Shown: positions 21,146 through 30,659 of the stretch, piece after piece
Layout of the letters: every line of letters begins with the position of its first letter
Numbering within the stretch: position 1 is the stretch's first letter
Assembly (NCBI GenBank): GCA_963664875.1
Contig: OY761611.1
Location: 1,120,001-1,184,000 of the forward strand
Source of the DNA: Candidatus Kapaibacterium sp.
GTDB taxonomy: Bacteria > Bacteroidota > Ignavibacteria > Kapaibacteriales > UBA2268
DNA: 64,000 nucleotides
Direction of reading: 5' to 3'
The notes under the pieces: generated by a model
What the model saw: the letters and a program-made list of their open reading frames with translations, nothing else
Databases searched by the model: none
Told to the model about the DNA's origin: nothing
Program-made: the position numbers and the translations under genes

Positions 21146-21282
21146 TGTACATACTCGCGAATTCTTATAGAATCAAATAGAAGAAAGAAAATTAGGACAC
21201 AAAAACATACAGTTTATATTTGTATAACCCCGCTTTTGATATTGCACCACAAAGCAAGATACACACAAAACAAATTAAAAAA

Positions 21283-21312
21283 AAGGCTACTATAAAATTT
21301 TATAGTAGCCTT
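21283..21312 (-). terminator. Palindromic terminator downstream of the GldL-like gene
   Basis: aaggctactataaaa/ttttatagtagcctt perfect 30-bp palindrome next to an A run (U tract on the minus strand). Confidence 0.7.
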
Positions 21313-21336
21313 GTAGATATTTATTTAAAGATAAGA

Positions 21337-22683
21337 TTATCTTTTGTTGTTGTCAACTTGTCTTACACCCAACATAATTTTCTGAGCGATTTCTTCAGCA
21401 ACCATTTTCTGAACATGATCTCCTGATGTCATGTATTCAGAGATTGCAGATTCAACTCTATTTTTGATGATTTGAGAAGTTTGACCAACCAAAGCTGTAG
21501 AAAGCTGGTGAATATCTTCTTGCTGACCTTTAAGAGTTTCAAGCTGGCTACGATTAGCATCTTCCATTTTCTTAAGCATTTTGTCCATACGTTCTTCTTC
21601 TTCAGTATAGAACAAAGTAAATGCCATAAGACCAAGCATAGTAAACTCAAGACCAATCGCCAACAAAATCCAAGAAGGACGAGCAGCAGGGATAAGTTTC
21701 AAACCGCGGATACCAATTGCAACGATAAGAACCGCAGCACCACCGTATGCAAGACCTGTAACGTTGTTTTGATATTTTTCTGTAAAGTGGTGAGACATAT
21801 AAAGTCTAAGACCTTTACCCCATTTAAGGTGATTACGTCTCCAAAGAAGACCATTTTTAGTATCTTCGATTTCTTTTACCACGAAGTCAGAGAAAAATTC
21901 TTTGATACGAGAGTAAATAGCTTCGTTACGGAACATAACGATATCTGTATCATCATCAAACAATTCATCGAAATTGATTGCTTGGCGAGCAGAAACTTCT
22001 GCATCAGAAACAGTTCTTTCCCAAACTCTTCTAAGAGCTCTTTCTACTTCTCTTCTGTCCATGTCTTCAAGTTTGTCATCAGGTAGAGTAAGTACGTGTA
22101 CTACATCATCTGAGAAACCTGTCTGAAGACGTATTTTAATCTGGGTATTATCGATTTGTCGATCAAAAAGTGCTGCCATATAGCCGAAGCTTGATGGCAT
22201 CAACATTGTGAAGAAGCCGGCTATAAGCACGGAGAATGCCAAACTTACCAAAATGAAACCAATCCATGGTTCGAGGTAAATTGGGTGTTCACCAAGAGCA
22301 GGAGCTTTAATATAATACTCCCATTTACCTTTAACGTAGCCACTTTCTTCCTCAGTTCTGACACCTGTAGAGAAGTCAAAGATAAACTCTTTATTGATAT
22401 AATCTTTTTTAACTTCAGTTTCTTGGCCTAAAAGATTAGCTTCTTTATCTTTTGTAGTAGATGCCCAAACCAGTCCGTCAAACTTAACGAAACCAATTTT
22501 CTGCATCAATTCGCCATCCGGCTTAAATAAAGGAAGGATAAACGAAGATAATCCATTGGGAATTGCTGAAAAGAATATTAGATAGAAAAAGACAGCAATC
22601 AGAATCCCCATTACACCTACGTGCTGAGCACCAACTTTCTTTTTGGTGGATTCTGCAGCATTAGAATAAATCGCTTTAGCCAT
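21337..22683 (-). CDS. Four-TM membrane protein with GldL/PorL-like helix pair and C-terminal coiled coil
   Basis: LAYGGAAVLIVAIG...ILLAIGLEFTMLGLMAF followed by an acidic run resembles GldL TM1-TM2 with an intramembrane Glu; two extra N-terminal TM segments; CAGGAG SD. Confidence 0.55.
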   Translation of the reverse strand: MAKAIYSNAAESTKKKVGAQHVGVMGILIAVFFYLIFFSAIPNGLSSFILPLFKPDGELMQKIGFVKFDGLVWASTTKDKEANLLGQETEVKKDYINKEFIFDFSTGVRTEEESGYVKGKWEYYIKAPALGEHPIYLEPWIGFILVSLAFSVLIAGFFTMLMPSSFGYMAALFDRQIDNTQIKIRLQTGFSDDVVHVLTLPDDKLEDMDRREVERALRRVWERTVSDAEVSARQAINFDELFDDDTDIVMFRNEAIYSRIKEFFSDFVVKEIEDTKNGLLWRRNHLKWGKGLRLYMSHHFTEKYQNNVTGLAYGGAAVLIVAIGIRGLKLIPAARPSWILLAIGLEFTMLGLMAFTLFYTEEEERMDKMLKKMEDANRSQLETLKGQQEDIHQLSTALVGQTSQIIKNRVESAISEYMTSGDHVQKMVAEEIAQKIMLGVRQVDNNKR

Positions 22684-23237
22684 TAGTACTTAACTCCTGA
22701 ATTATGGAAATATGGTATTAACTATTTTATCGCTCTAAGCATATATATAATATACAAAAAAAATCAAGATAATTTAAGTTTTTGTGGAAAATCTGTCAAT
22801 TTTTTATTAACATATACCTATATGCCTGATTTTTCAAGTCGGTTTACAAGTTAAGTAAATAATCTAATTACAAAAATTAAAAATGTATTAGAATTTATGT
22901 TTTACAGCTTCCCTGTAGATTTTTTTTAACTAAACCTTTTTATTTAAGATTTTTTTTCTTATGTTATAACCCATGAGAACAACTACATTAACAGTCGGTT
23001 TACTTTTTTGCTGCTGCGGCACTATTCGTGGCGGTTCGTTCATCTCTTGTATAAGCCAGAGACTGATATATCTTACCATGCGAATCATTACAGGTGAAAC
23101 ACCTGATCCTAACGCTTTCCTCTAATGGCTAATTGCAAACAGTATCTTTTGGGCTTTATTACTGTTTACTATGCCTTACTATATTTTTTTAGCTAATCAT
23201 TTTTTTAGTTTTAGTTATGTTATAGGGAGTTACTATT

Positions 23238-24578
23238 ATGGCAACTTACAGACCTCGTTTCTATGTGCCGCCTGAACAGGTGAAAGATGCACTAAGCAAA
23301 TATATGCTCGTAGATGGCTACGACTTTGTATTGGATTTGGAAAACAGCAAAGGTGCTCACTTCGTAGAAGCGCGCACGGGTAAGTCTTTTATTGACTTTT
23401 TTACTTGTTTTGCCTCTATGCCAATCGGTATGAATCACGACAAAATGTTGAACCACGGATTTGATGAATATCTGAATAAGGCTGCTACAAACAAGCCGTC
23501 TAATTCGGATATTTATACAGATGCTATGGCAACTTTTGTGAATACTTTCCACAATATTGCAGTTCCGGAACATTTTAAATATTCGTTTTATGTTTCCGGC
23601 GGTGCGTTAGCAGTCGAAAATGCACTAAAAACTGCCTTTGATTGGAAATATAGACAAAATGACAGAAAAGGCACGAATGTGGGCGAAAACCTTAAAATTC
23701 TTCATTTCAAAGAAGCTTTTCACGGACGCTCAGGATATACTTTGTCATTAACAAATACTGACCCGAAAAAAGTCAAATTTTTCCCTAAATTCGACTGGCC
23801 TCGAGTAACAAATCCAAAACTTAGATTCCCTCTGACAGAGGAAGTCTTAGCGGACGTTATCAAAGAAGAGCAAAAATCAATTGCACAAATCAAACAGGCG
23901 TTCACTGATAATCCGCACCAGATTGCTGCTATTATCATTGAACCTATCCAAGGCGAAGGTGGCGATAACCACTTTAGAAGAGAATTTTTGCAGGAGATAA
24001 AAGAAATTGCTCACGAAAATCATGCTCTTTTGATTTTTGATGAAGTTCAGACAGGTATGGGTCTAACCGGTTCATGGTGGGCACATGAGTCGATTGGAGT
24101 AATTCCTGATATTATGAGTTTTGGCAAAAAAATGCAGGTATGCGGTATTCTAGTCGGTCCAAAAATAGATGAAGAACCTGACAACGTTTTTCATGTTTCG
24201 AGCAGAATAAACTCTACTTGGGGCGGCAACCTCGTTGACATGGTAAGAGCTACACGCTACCTCGAAATAATTGAAGAAGAAAACCTTGTAGAAAATGCTA
24301 AACTAATGGGCGATGTTCTTGCTCAAAAACTTGAATCAGTAGCAAGTGAATATCCTGAACATTTCTACAATGTAAGGGGTCGCGGATTATTTGCGGCTTT
24401 AGACATGAAATCACCGGATATGCGTACAAAATTTATTAATCAATGTTTTGATGAGGGTCTAATCATTCTCCCTTGCGGATCTAATGCTGTAAGATTCCGT
24501 CCTCCACTAAATATCACAAAAGAGGAAATCAATGAAGGTTTTGAAGTGATAGCAAAAACACTGAAAAAAATCTTATAG
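23238..24578 (+). CDS. lat: L-lysine 6-transaminase (class III aminotransferase)
   Basis: MLVDGYDFVLDL, NKPSNSDIY, GGALAVENALK, AFHGRSGYTLSLTNT, FGKKMQVCG, SRINSTWGGNLVDM. Confidence 0.9.
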   Translation: MATYRPRFYVPPEQVKDALSKYMLVDGYDFVLDLENSKGAHFVEARTGKSFIDFFTCFASMPIGMNHDKMLNHGFDEYLNKAATNKPSNSDIYTDAMATFVNTFHNIAVPEHFKYSFYVSGGALAVENALKTAFDWKYRQNDRKGTNVGENLKILHFKEAFHGRSGYTLSLTNTDPKKVKFFPKFDWPRVTNPKLRFPLTEEVLADVIKEEQKSIAQIKQAFTDNPHQIAAIIIEPIQGEGGDNHFRREFLQEIKEIAHENHALLIFDEVQTGMGLTGSWWAHESIGVIPDIMSFGKKMQVCGILVGPKIDEEPDNVFHVSSRINSTWGGNLVDMVRATRYLEIIEEENLVENAKLMGDVLAQKLESVASEYPEHFYNVRGRGLFAALDMKSPDMRTKFINQCFDEGLIILPCGSNAVRFRPPLNITKEEINEGFEVIAKTLKKIL

Positions 24579-24586
24579 CAAAGAAA

Positions 24587-24641
24587 AGACGAAGCTCCGT
24601 CCAATACCAACCCTGATCTTCGGGGCTTCGTCTATTTTTTT
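24587..24641. terminator. Terminator hairpin between convergent lat and DHH gene
   Basis: agacgaagctccg...cggggcttcgtct followed by T tract. Confidence 0.65.
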
Positions 24642-24669
24642 AACATTTTTTGAAGCATCTATATATTTT

Positions 24670-25701
24670 CTATAAATCCCGGAATATCATCTCCCCTGCC
24701 AATCTTATAAGTTCGCTTTTGACTTCTTCTAAGTTGCCGGCTTCTACCCTTGCACCTGAAGCATGTTTGTGTCCTCCACCATTAAAGTGAACCCCAAGCT
24801 CTCTAACGTGGTATTCGCCTTTTGATCGAAGAGATATTTTTATTATATCTTTTTCCAAATCCTCTTTAATTAGGATGCCTACTGTTACACCATCAAGCAT
24901 AAGAGTGTAATCAACAAAACCTTCTGTATCATCATTGGTGCAGCTATAATTTCTATAATCATTTTTGCTCACAGTCATTACACACATCCTGTCATCGTAA
25001 TGAGTTTCTATACCTGCTAGAGCCTTGCCAAGAAGTTTCGCAGCTTTTATAGAAAACGTATTGTAAACATCATTATAAAGTTTCACCGGATCTGCACCAT
25101 AAGAAATAATTTCTGCTGCAATTCTAAATATCTCAATATCTGTTCTGTCATATCTGAAATTTCCGGTATCGGTCATAATTGCCACATAACATGATTCTGC
25201 AATTTCTTTATTGATGTAGTGCCTGAAATTGTCACGTAATAATTTCCATGTCAATTCTCCTGTGGAAGTAGCATCAGTATCTACCGCCATAACTTCTACT
25301 TCAAGTTTTGGGTTGATGTGGTGGTCTATTAGCATCTTAATAGCTTTTGACTCGAGATATTCTTGCTCGATACTGCTCATTCTATTGCTGTCATTCAAAT
25401 CCATAATCAGTATTACCTCAGCCTCCCTGATTATTTCAGGAGCCGGATTGGAAGAGTAAACAATAATCTCTTCAAATCCCTTTAGAAATTTCAAATTATC
25501 AGGCAACTGATTATCTACCATTATTGTTACTGATTTTTCGAGCTGTTGTAGCAGATTGGCAAGAGCTGTAGCTGAGCCGATAGCATCGCCATCAGGATTT
25601 TGGTGTATAATTATAACAAATTTCGAATACTGCTTCAAAAAACTACTGATTTGCTTCAGCGAGTTATCCAAATTAGTCTCAAAGCTGTCTATATGTTTCA
25701 T
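24670..25701 (-). CDS. nrnA: DHH/DHHA1 phosphoesterase (NrnA-like)
   Basis: HQNPDGDAIGS, IDHH, MTDTGNF, ISLRSK, GGGHKHASG. Confidence 0.85.
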   Translation of the reverse strand: MKHIDSFETNLDNSLKQISSFLKQYSKFVIIIHQNPDGDAIGSATALANLLQQLEKSVTIMVDNQLPDNLKFLKGFEEIIVYSSNPAPEIIREAEVILIMDLNDSNRMSSIEQEYLESKAIKMLIDHHINPKLEVEVMAVDTDATSTGELTWKLLRDNFRHYINKEIAESCYVAIMTDTGNFRYDRTDIEIFRIAAEIISYGADPVKLYNDVYNTFSIKAAKLLGKALAGIETHYDDRMCVMTVSKNDYRNYSCTNDDTEGFVDYTLMLDGVTVGILIKEDLEKDIIKISLRSKGEYHVRELGVHFNGGGHKHASGARVEAGNLEEVKSELIRLAGEMIFRDL

Positions 25702-25845
25702 TTTGTAAGTCTTTTCAAATTGTTCGTATTTAGTCAAGACAAAAATAACGAACATTTGTAAATATCATTTTGAATAATTAGAAAACTTGTATTACTTTAG
25801 CTATCTTAGTAAAATTATATTGTTCAACTGATATTTCGTACTGAT

Positions 25846-26763
25846 ATGGACAAGAACACACCTGAAAACAAAGGTTTTCATAGTAATTATGATAATGAAT
25901 ACAATCGCTATAAAGAAGAGTTAAAAAATTACTATAAAAAGAAACAATCCAACAGCGATTACTCTGAAGAAGAAATTGAGGAGAATCCACAAATTGATAC
26001 CGAAGACTTATCAGTTTACATTGAGCAAAAAAGGAAAAAAATGATAGCTCTGCTCAACTATGCAAAAGTAATTATAGGATTTTTCCTAATTGTATTCCTT
26101 TCTTATGTAGTTGTAGATTCGTGGATACTTCCTGCTACAATTCATAGTAAAGACAAAATTTCTATACCTAAGCTTTCCGGGATGAATATTGAAAAGGCTA
26201 AAGACAAATTGTCAAGCATGAATTTGATTGTTGAAATTGCAGGAGAGCAGTATAATGCAAAAGTACCTCCTCAAACTGTAATACGACAGTCTCCTAATCC
26301 AAACACCGAAGTAAAAGTCGGAAGGACTGTCTATCTGACTATTTCCAAAGGTAAAGAAACGGTAGAGGTACCCTACTTAATAGGCAAATCTGTCCGAGAA
26401 GCCAAAGTTATACTTCTGAATAAAGGATTTAAGTTATCCAAAGTGCTTTTCGAAAATTCTGAGTCTATACCAAGAGATTCGATAATTAAACAAAGTCAAA
26501 AGCCCGGCAAGTTCATTCCTTACGGAAGCGACTTTGTGCTTACAGTCAGCAAAGGCTCTGAAAATCAAATTCAAGTCCCTCGATTGGAAGGTATGGCTTT
26601 CGAAGACATCGAAGAGTTCTTAATGGTAAACGGATTTGTTTTAGGCAATATTAAATACGAGTCAAGCGACACATATCTGCCGGGTGCTATTATCGGGCAA
26701 TACCCTCTCGCAGGAGAAACTGTGCCGTATAACTCTGCAATAGATATCACAGTCGCAGAATAA
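25846..26763 (+). CDS. Membrane-anchored triple PASTA domain protein
   Basis: One TM then three repeats starting IPKLSG/VPYLIG/VPRLEG with QSP/QSQ/QYP and ending xSKG. Confidence 0.85.
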   Translation: MDKNTPENKGFHSNYDNEYNRYKEELKNYYKKKQSNSDYSEEEIEENPQIDTEDLSVYIEQKRKKMIALLNYAKVIIGFFLIVFLSYVVVDSWILPATIHSKDKISIPKLSGMNIEKAKDKLSSMNLIVEIAGEQYNAKVPPQTVIRQSPNPNTEVKVGRTVYLTISKGKETVEVPYLIGKSVREAKVILLNKGFKLSKVLFENSESIPRDSIIKQSQKPGKFIPYGSDFVLTVSKGSENQIQVPRLEGMAFEDIEEFLMVNGFVLGNIKYESSDTYLPGAIIGQYPLAGETVPYNSAIDITVAE

Positions 26764-26783
26764 TCTTTTATAACACAAGATTA

Positions 26784-26830
26784 AGAGCTATGTTTTTTTA
26801 TATTTTCAAGATTAACATAGCTCTTTTTTT
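26784..26830 (+). terminator. Intrinsic terminator
   Basis: aagagctatgtt...aacatagctctt plus T tract. Confidence 0.65.
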
Positions 26831-26927
26831 ATAGATTATATCGAAGCTAAATAGCATTTTCAACTAAAATAATAGCAAACTGAGTAAGTCTTAAAAATTG
26901 GATGTAAATGACTTTGAGGATGGAATT

Positions 26928-28232
26928 ATGAAATTTAAGCAAATGACTCTAAAATCTCAGGAAGCAATCAAAACTTCTCAGGAAATTGCAGATTCTTACG
27001 GCAATCCGTCTTTGGAACCTATCCATTTATTGGCTGCTTTAGTGCAGGATTCCGAAGGTCTGACAAATCAGATTATCAGCAAAATAACAGGCAGTCTATC
27101 TGAGATAAAAATTGAAATAAACGCAGCCATCATCAAACTGCCAAAAGTATCAGGGGATTATGACGTATTTATATCAAAAGATTTGGACAAATTGACAGAA
27201 GAGGCTTATAAAGAAGCAAAAACATTTGGTGACGAATATATCAGCACAGAGCATTTACTAATTGCTTTGGCAGATTTCGACAAAATTACTTCAAAATTGC
27301 TCAATAAATACTCTGTAAACAAAGAGAATATATACAGAGTACTAAAAGATATCAGAGGTAATAACAAAGTTACTGACCAGTCTCCTGAGGAAAAGTACCA
27401 ATCCTTACAGCGATACGGAAGAAGACTGAATCATGAAGCTGCTATCGGCAAATTAGATCCTGTAATCGGCAGAGAAGATGAAATTAGAAGGGTGTTGCAG
27501 GTTCTATCGCGCCGCACTAAAAACAATCCTATCCTAATAGGCGAACCCGGAGTCGGCAAAACTGCTGTGGTCGAAGGCATAGCTCAAAGGATTGTTAGCG
27601 GAGATGTTCCTGAATCGCTAAAGACAAAAGAAATAATTGTTTTAGATATGGGCACTTTAGTTGCCGGAACCAGCTTTAGAGGTCAGTTTGAAGAAAGATT
27701 GAAAGCTATAATCAAAGAAGTATCCGAATCTAACGGTGAAATTATTCTTTTTATTGATGAAATACATACTTTGATAGGTGCCGGAGCCACTTCAGGAAGT
27801 ATGGATGCAGCTAATATACTAAAACCTGCTCTTGCCAGAGGCGAATTGCACTGCATAGGTGCTACCACACTTGATGAGTACCAAAAGCATATAGAAAAAG
27901 ATGCTGCTTTGGAAAGAAGATTTCAAAAAGTTCTGATAGACGAACCAAGTGTAGCTGATACAATTTCTATATTACGTGGGCTTAAAGAAAAGTACGAAAT
28001 TCATCATGGAATAAGAATAAAAGACGAAGCTCTGATTGCAGCAGCTGTACTATCGGATAGGTACATAACAGACAGATTTCTGCCTGATAAAGCGATAGAT
28101 TTAATTGATGAGGCGGCAAGTAAGTTAAGAATAGAAATTGATTCGCTACCTGATGAATTAGATCAGACAGAACGAAAGTTGAGGCAGTTAGAGATAGAAA
28201 GAGAGGCATTAAAAAGAGAATTAAAACAGTAA
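26928..28232 (+). CDS. clpB: ClpB N-terminal half (Clp-N repeats, NBD1 and start of middle domain only)
   Basis: [50 protein letters not shown]; stops at [14 protein letters not shown] with no NBD2. Confidence 0.85.
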   Translation: MKFKQMTLKSQEAIKTSQEIADSYGNPSLEPIHLLAALVQDSEGLTNQIISKITGSLSEIKIEINAAIIKLPKVSGDYDVFISKDLDKLTEEAYKEAKTFGDEYISTEHLLIALADFDKITSKLLNKYSVNKENIYRVLKDIRGNNKVTDQSPEEKYQSLQRYGRRLNHEAAIGKLDPVIGREDEIRRVLQVLSRRTKNNPILIGEPGVGKTAVVEGIAQRIVSGDVPESLKTKEIIVLDMGTLVAGTSFRGQFEERLKAIIKEVSESNGEIILFIDEIHTLIGAGATSGSMDAANILKPALARGELHCIGATTLDEYQKHIEKDAALERRFQKVLIDEPSVADTISILRGLKEKYEIHHGIRIKDEALIAAAVLSDRYITDRFLPDKAIDLIDEAASKLRIEIDSLPDELDQTERKLRQLEIEREALKRELKQ

Positions 28233-28493
28233 TTACTTTTTCTTATTTTTAAGATACGTAAAATACTTTTTGAGATAAACAATCTCTGAATCCGAGCAAT
28301 AATTTTGAGTGGCAGGGCTGCTTTTTTGAGGTATTGCATCTTCGAAATTCAGCCCAAGACTATTTGATTTTGCAATTTTTATCTCATTATTCCTACTGGT
28401 ACTAATTGCAATAGATTCAAGCTGAGAAAGAAGTTCTTCATTCTCTATAGCATTGACCCATTCAATTATTCGCTTTTTTCGGTGATCCAACAT
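28233..28493 (-). CDS. Small hypothetical protein, N-terminus resembling addiction-module antitoxin-like proteins
   Basis: RKKRIIEWVNAIENEELLSQLE pattern; ORF abuts the clpB stop tail-to-tail. Confidence 0.45.
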   Translation of the reverse strand: MLDHRKKRIIEWVNAIENEELLSQLESIAISTSRNNEIKIAKSNSLGLNFEDAIPQKSSPATQNYCSDSEIVYLKKYFTYLKNKKK

Positions 28494-28588
28494 CTGATAA
28501 TTGCAATATTATTTTGAACTGATTATCGTTTGAAGTATAATATGAATATCAAGTTAATGATATTTCCCAATAAAAACAAATAAATATT

Positions 28589-28798
28589 ATGATAGTTTTG
28601 AATAAAATAACAGGTGCTGAAATTGTCGTCAATGCAGACGAAATTGAAACCATCGAAACCGGACACGACACCGTAATTTCTTTAAAATCAGGGAAAAAAC
28701 TGATTGTCTCCAATACTGCAGCTGAAATAATAGAAAAAGTAATCGAATATAAGCAGCAGTGCTTAGCCTCATTTAAACCAAATATCCAAGAGAAATAA
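28589..28798 (+). CDS. flbD: Flagellar FlbD/SwrD family protein
   Basis: MIxLxxxxGxEIVVNADEIETIExxxDTVISLxSGKKLIV...IEYKQ, 69 aa. Confidence 0.8.
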   Translation: MIVLNKITGAEIVVNADEIETIETGHDTVISLKSGKKLIVSNTAAEIIEKVIEYKQQCLASFKPNIQEK

Positions 28799-28802
28799 TA
28801 TT

Positions 28803-30659
28803 TTGAAGTTAATTCATTATATATTACTCTTTTTTTTCGGTACAACTTACTTCCTTGCGGCGGCAGAGAACTATGTAAGTACCGGTATGAATAAACTCTC
28901 TAACACTTACAACTTTTCTGCTAACTCTATCTATTCTACCCCACTTTTTTATGGCAAGATTGACCTACAGGAAAGGTACCAAGGCACTGCTCTAAAAGAT
29001 TTAAGTGATGATTTTCGGGATTTAAATGACTGGAGTTTCAAATATTCAATTGAGATTGATTCTAATTTCGTCTTTTTCCTTAGAAATAACTGGTATTATT
29101 CGAATGACAGGCAGGCTGGCGGTGTGAACAAATTAGAAAGGCAAAGCCTTTCCCCAGGTTTGCTTTATAATTTTGACAACATGGGTTTTCTTGAGTTTTC
29201 TGCCGGTAAAGAAAAAAATATCAAAATCGGAATTGTAGAATCGGGCACACTTTTAAACTCTAAAGGTGCATTTGCAAATTCAACTGAAGGTTATAACTAT
29301 CTGGCAAATATGGATATGGAATATTTGTCGCTTGACGACGGAAGAAAAAACAGCTCCATTGCTGTAAACGGCAAAGTATCGAAAGAGTTTGACAATACTG
29401 ATAATATGGGAATGAGGCTTAACTACAACCGCAAGGATTTTGACAATTTTGCCGGAGTAAGTACGAATCTGTTTGATAAGACTATTTTCAAAAACAGAAT
29501 GGAAAATCGCCTTAGTACCAATTTTGATATTTCATATTCTATTTTAGACAATTGGAACTTGAACTCAGTTATAGATTATAACTCTGTGAATGTTACCGAA
29601 GAATATAACAAATTTACAAATGATCTAAAATACTCAGGCATAAAGAGAGATTTGGAAGAGCAATATCTCAAAATAGATTTCAATACTTCCATAAAGAGCA
29701 TCAATTCCTTTTTCAAATTTGGCTATAGAGTAAGTTACAGAGATGAAAAAAATCAGACTCAAAACAAATACAGCATCAACGAAATAGACTACCAACAACT
29801 CCGCAATCTTGACAAACAAAAGGATAATATCACCAATATAACCGGTCTCTACTCGGAAATAATGCATTCCTTTTCAGTAAATGATACAATCTACTTCGAT
29901 TCTTATGTATCAATACTTAGATATGACACACCTGACGAACAAAATTACAGTGACAGAGACGAACTAAGTTACTCTGTCAGCGGAAGATATAAACACCGTT
30001 TTAGCGAAAATTTGTCTGCTTCAGTTCTTTTTGCAACTAATTACCTGCATTTAGTGTATTTAAAATCTCAAAACAGCGGCTCTAATAACGTAAACAGGAT
30101 CTTCAGATTAAATCCAAAAGTAGAGATTACCTTTGCTAATTTTAGTATGCGGCCAAGTTTCGAAGTATTAGCCAACTACACTGTTTATGATTACGAAACA
30201 GCCAATAGAGGCCCTGAGAGCTATTCTTTCAGACAAATCGCATATAATGACACAATAATTATAAAAGCTGACAAGAAGAGGAGTATTGAGCTACAAAACA
30301 ATATCAGATACTACGAGACAGGGAAGCTGTTTTGGGATGACTTTCTGGAATCTCCGGAAACAGGTAACTACGAACAATTTACTAAACTTATGCTTTATAC
30401 AACAGCAAGCCCAATAGTACGTTTAGGTATTGGTGCAAGATACCACTTTTTGGAGCAGCATCATATTTTTCAGCAACCCGGGAACTCTTCATCAACCATT
30501 TACTCCGGGAAATCTATAGCACCTGAAACTGAAATTTCTGTAAAATTTAGCTCAAATTCCGAAATTTCTTTACAAGGTTGGTACGAATTTCAATATATTA
30601 AAGGATTGGAAAAAAAAGAAATTCCTAATCTGTTTTTGACAACAAAAATAGTACTATAA
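28803..30659 (+). CDS. Putative outer-membrane beta-barrel protein
   Basis: TTG start, signal peptide, Tyr/Asn/Ser-rich alternating beta strands through to the C-terminus. Confidence 0.55.
   Translation: MKLIHYILLFFFGTTYFLAAAENYVSTGMNKLSNTYNFSANSIYSTPLFYGKIDLQERYQGTALKDLSDDFRDLNDWSFKYSIEIDSNFVFFLRNNWYYSNDRQAGGVNKLERQSLSPGLLYNFDNMGFLEFSAGKEKNIKIGIVESGTLLNSKGAFANSTEGYNYLANMDMEYLSLDDGRKNSSIAVNGKVSKEFDNTDNMGMRLNYNRKDFDNFAGVSTNLFDKTIFKNRMENRLSTNFDISYSILDNWNLNSVIDYNSVNVTEEYNKFTNDLKYSGIKRDLEEQYLKIDFNTSIKSINSFFKFGYRVSYRDEKNQTQNKYSINEIDYQQLRNLDKQKDNITNITGLYSEIMHSFSVNDTIYFDSYVSILRYDTPDEQNYSDRDELSYSVSGRYKHRFSENLSASVLFATNYLHLVYLKSQNSGSNNVNRIFRLNPKVEITFANFSMRPSFEVLANYTVYDYETANRGPESYSFRQIAYNDTIIIKADKKRSIELQNNIRYYETGKLFWDDFLESPETGNYEQFTKLMLYTTASPIVRLGIGARYHFLEQHHIFQQPGNSSSTIYSGKSIAPETEISVKFSSNSEISLQGWYEFQYIKGLEKKEIPNLFLTTKIVL

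Noticed and set aside
21472-22086. 204-aa antisense ORF and similar shadow ORFs (e.g. 53571-54137, 50655-51104)
   Set aside because: They lie opposite well-supported genes and show no recognisable motifs
28549-28845. 98-aa minus-strand ORF overlapping flbD
   Set aside because: The plus-strand frame matches the FlbD family and fits the operon
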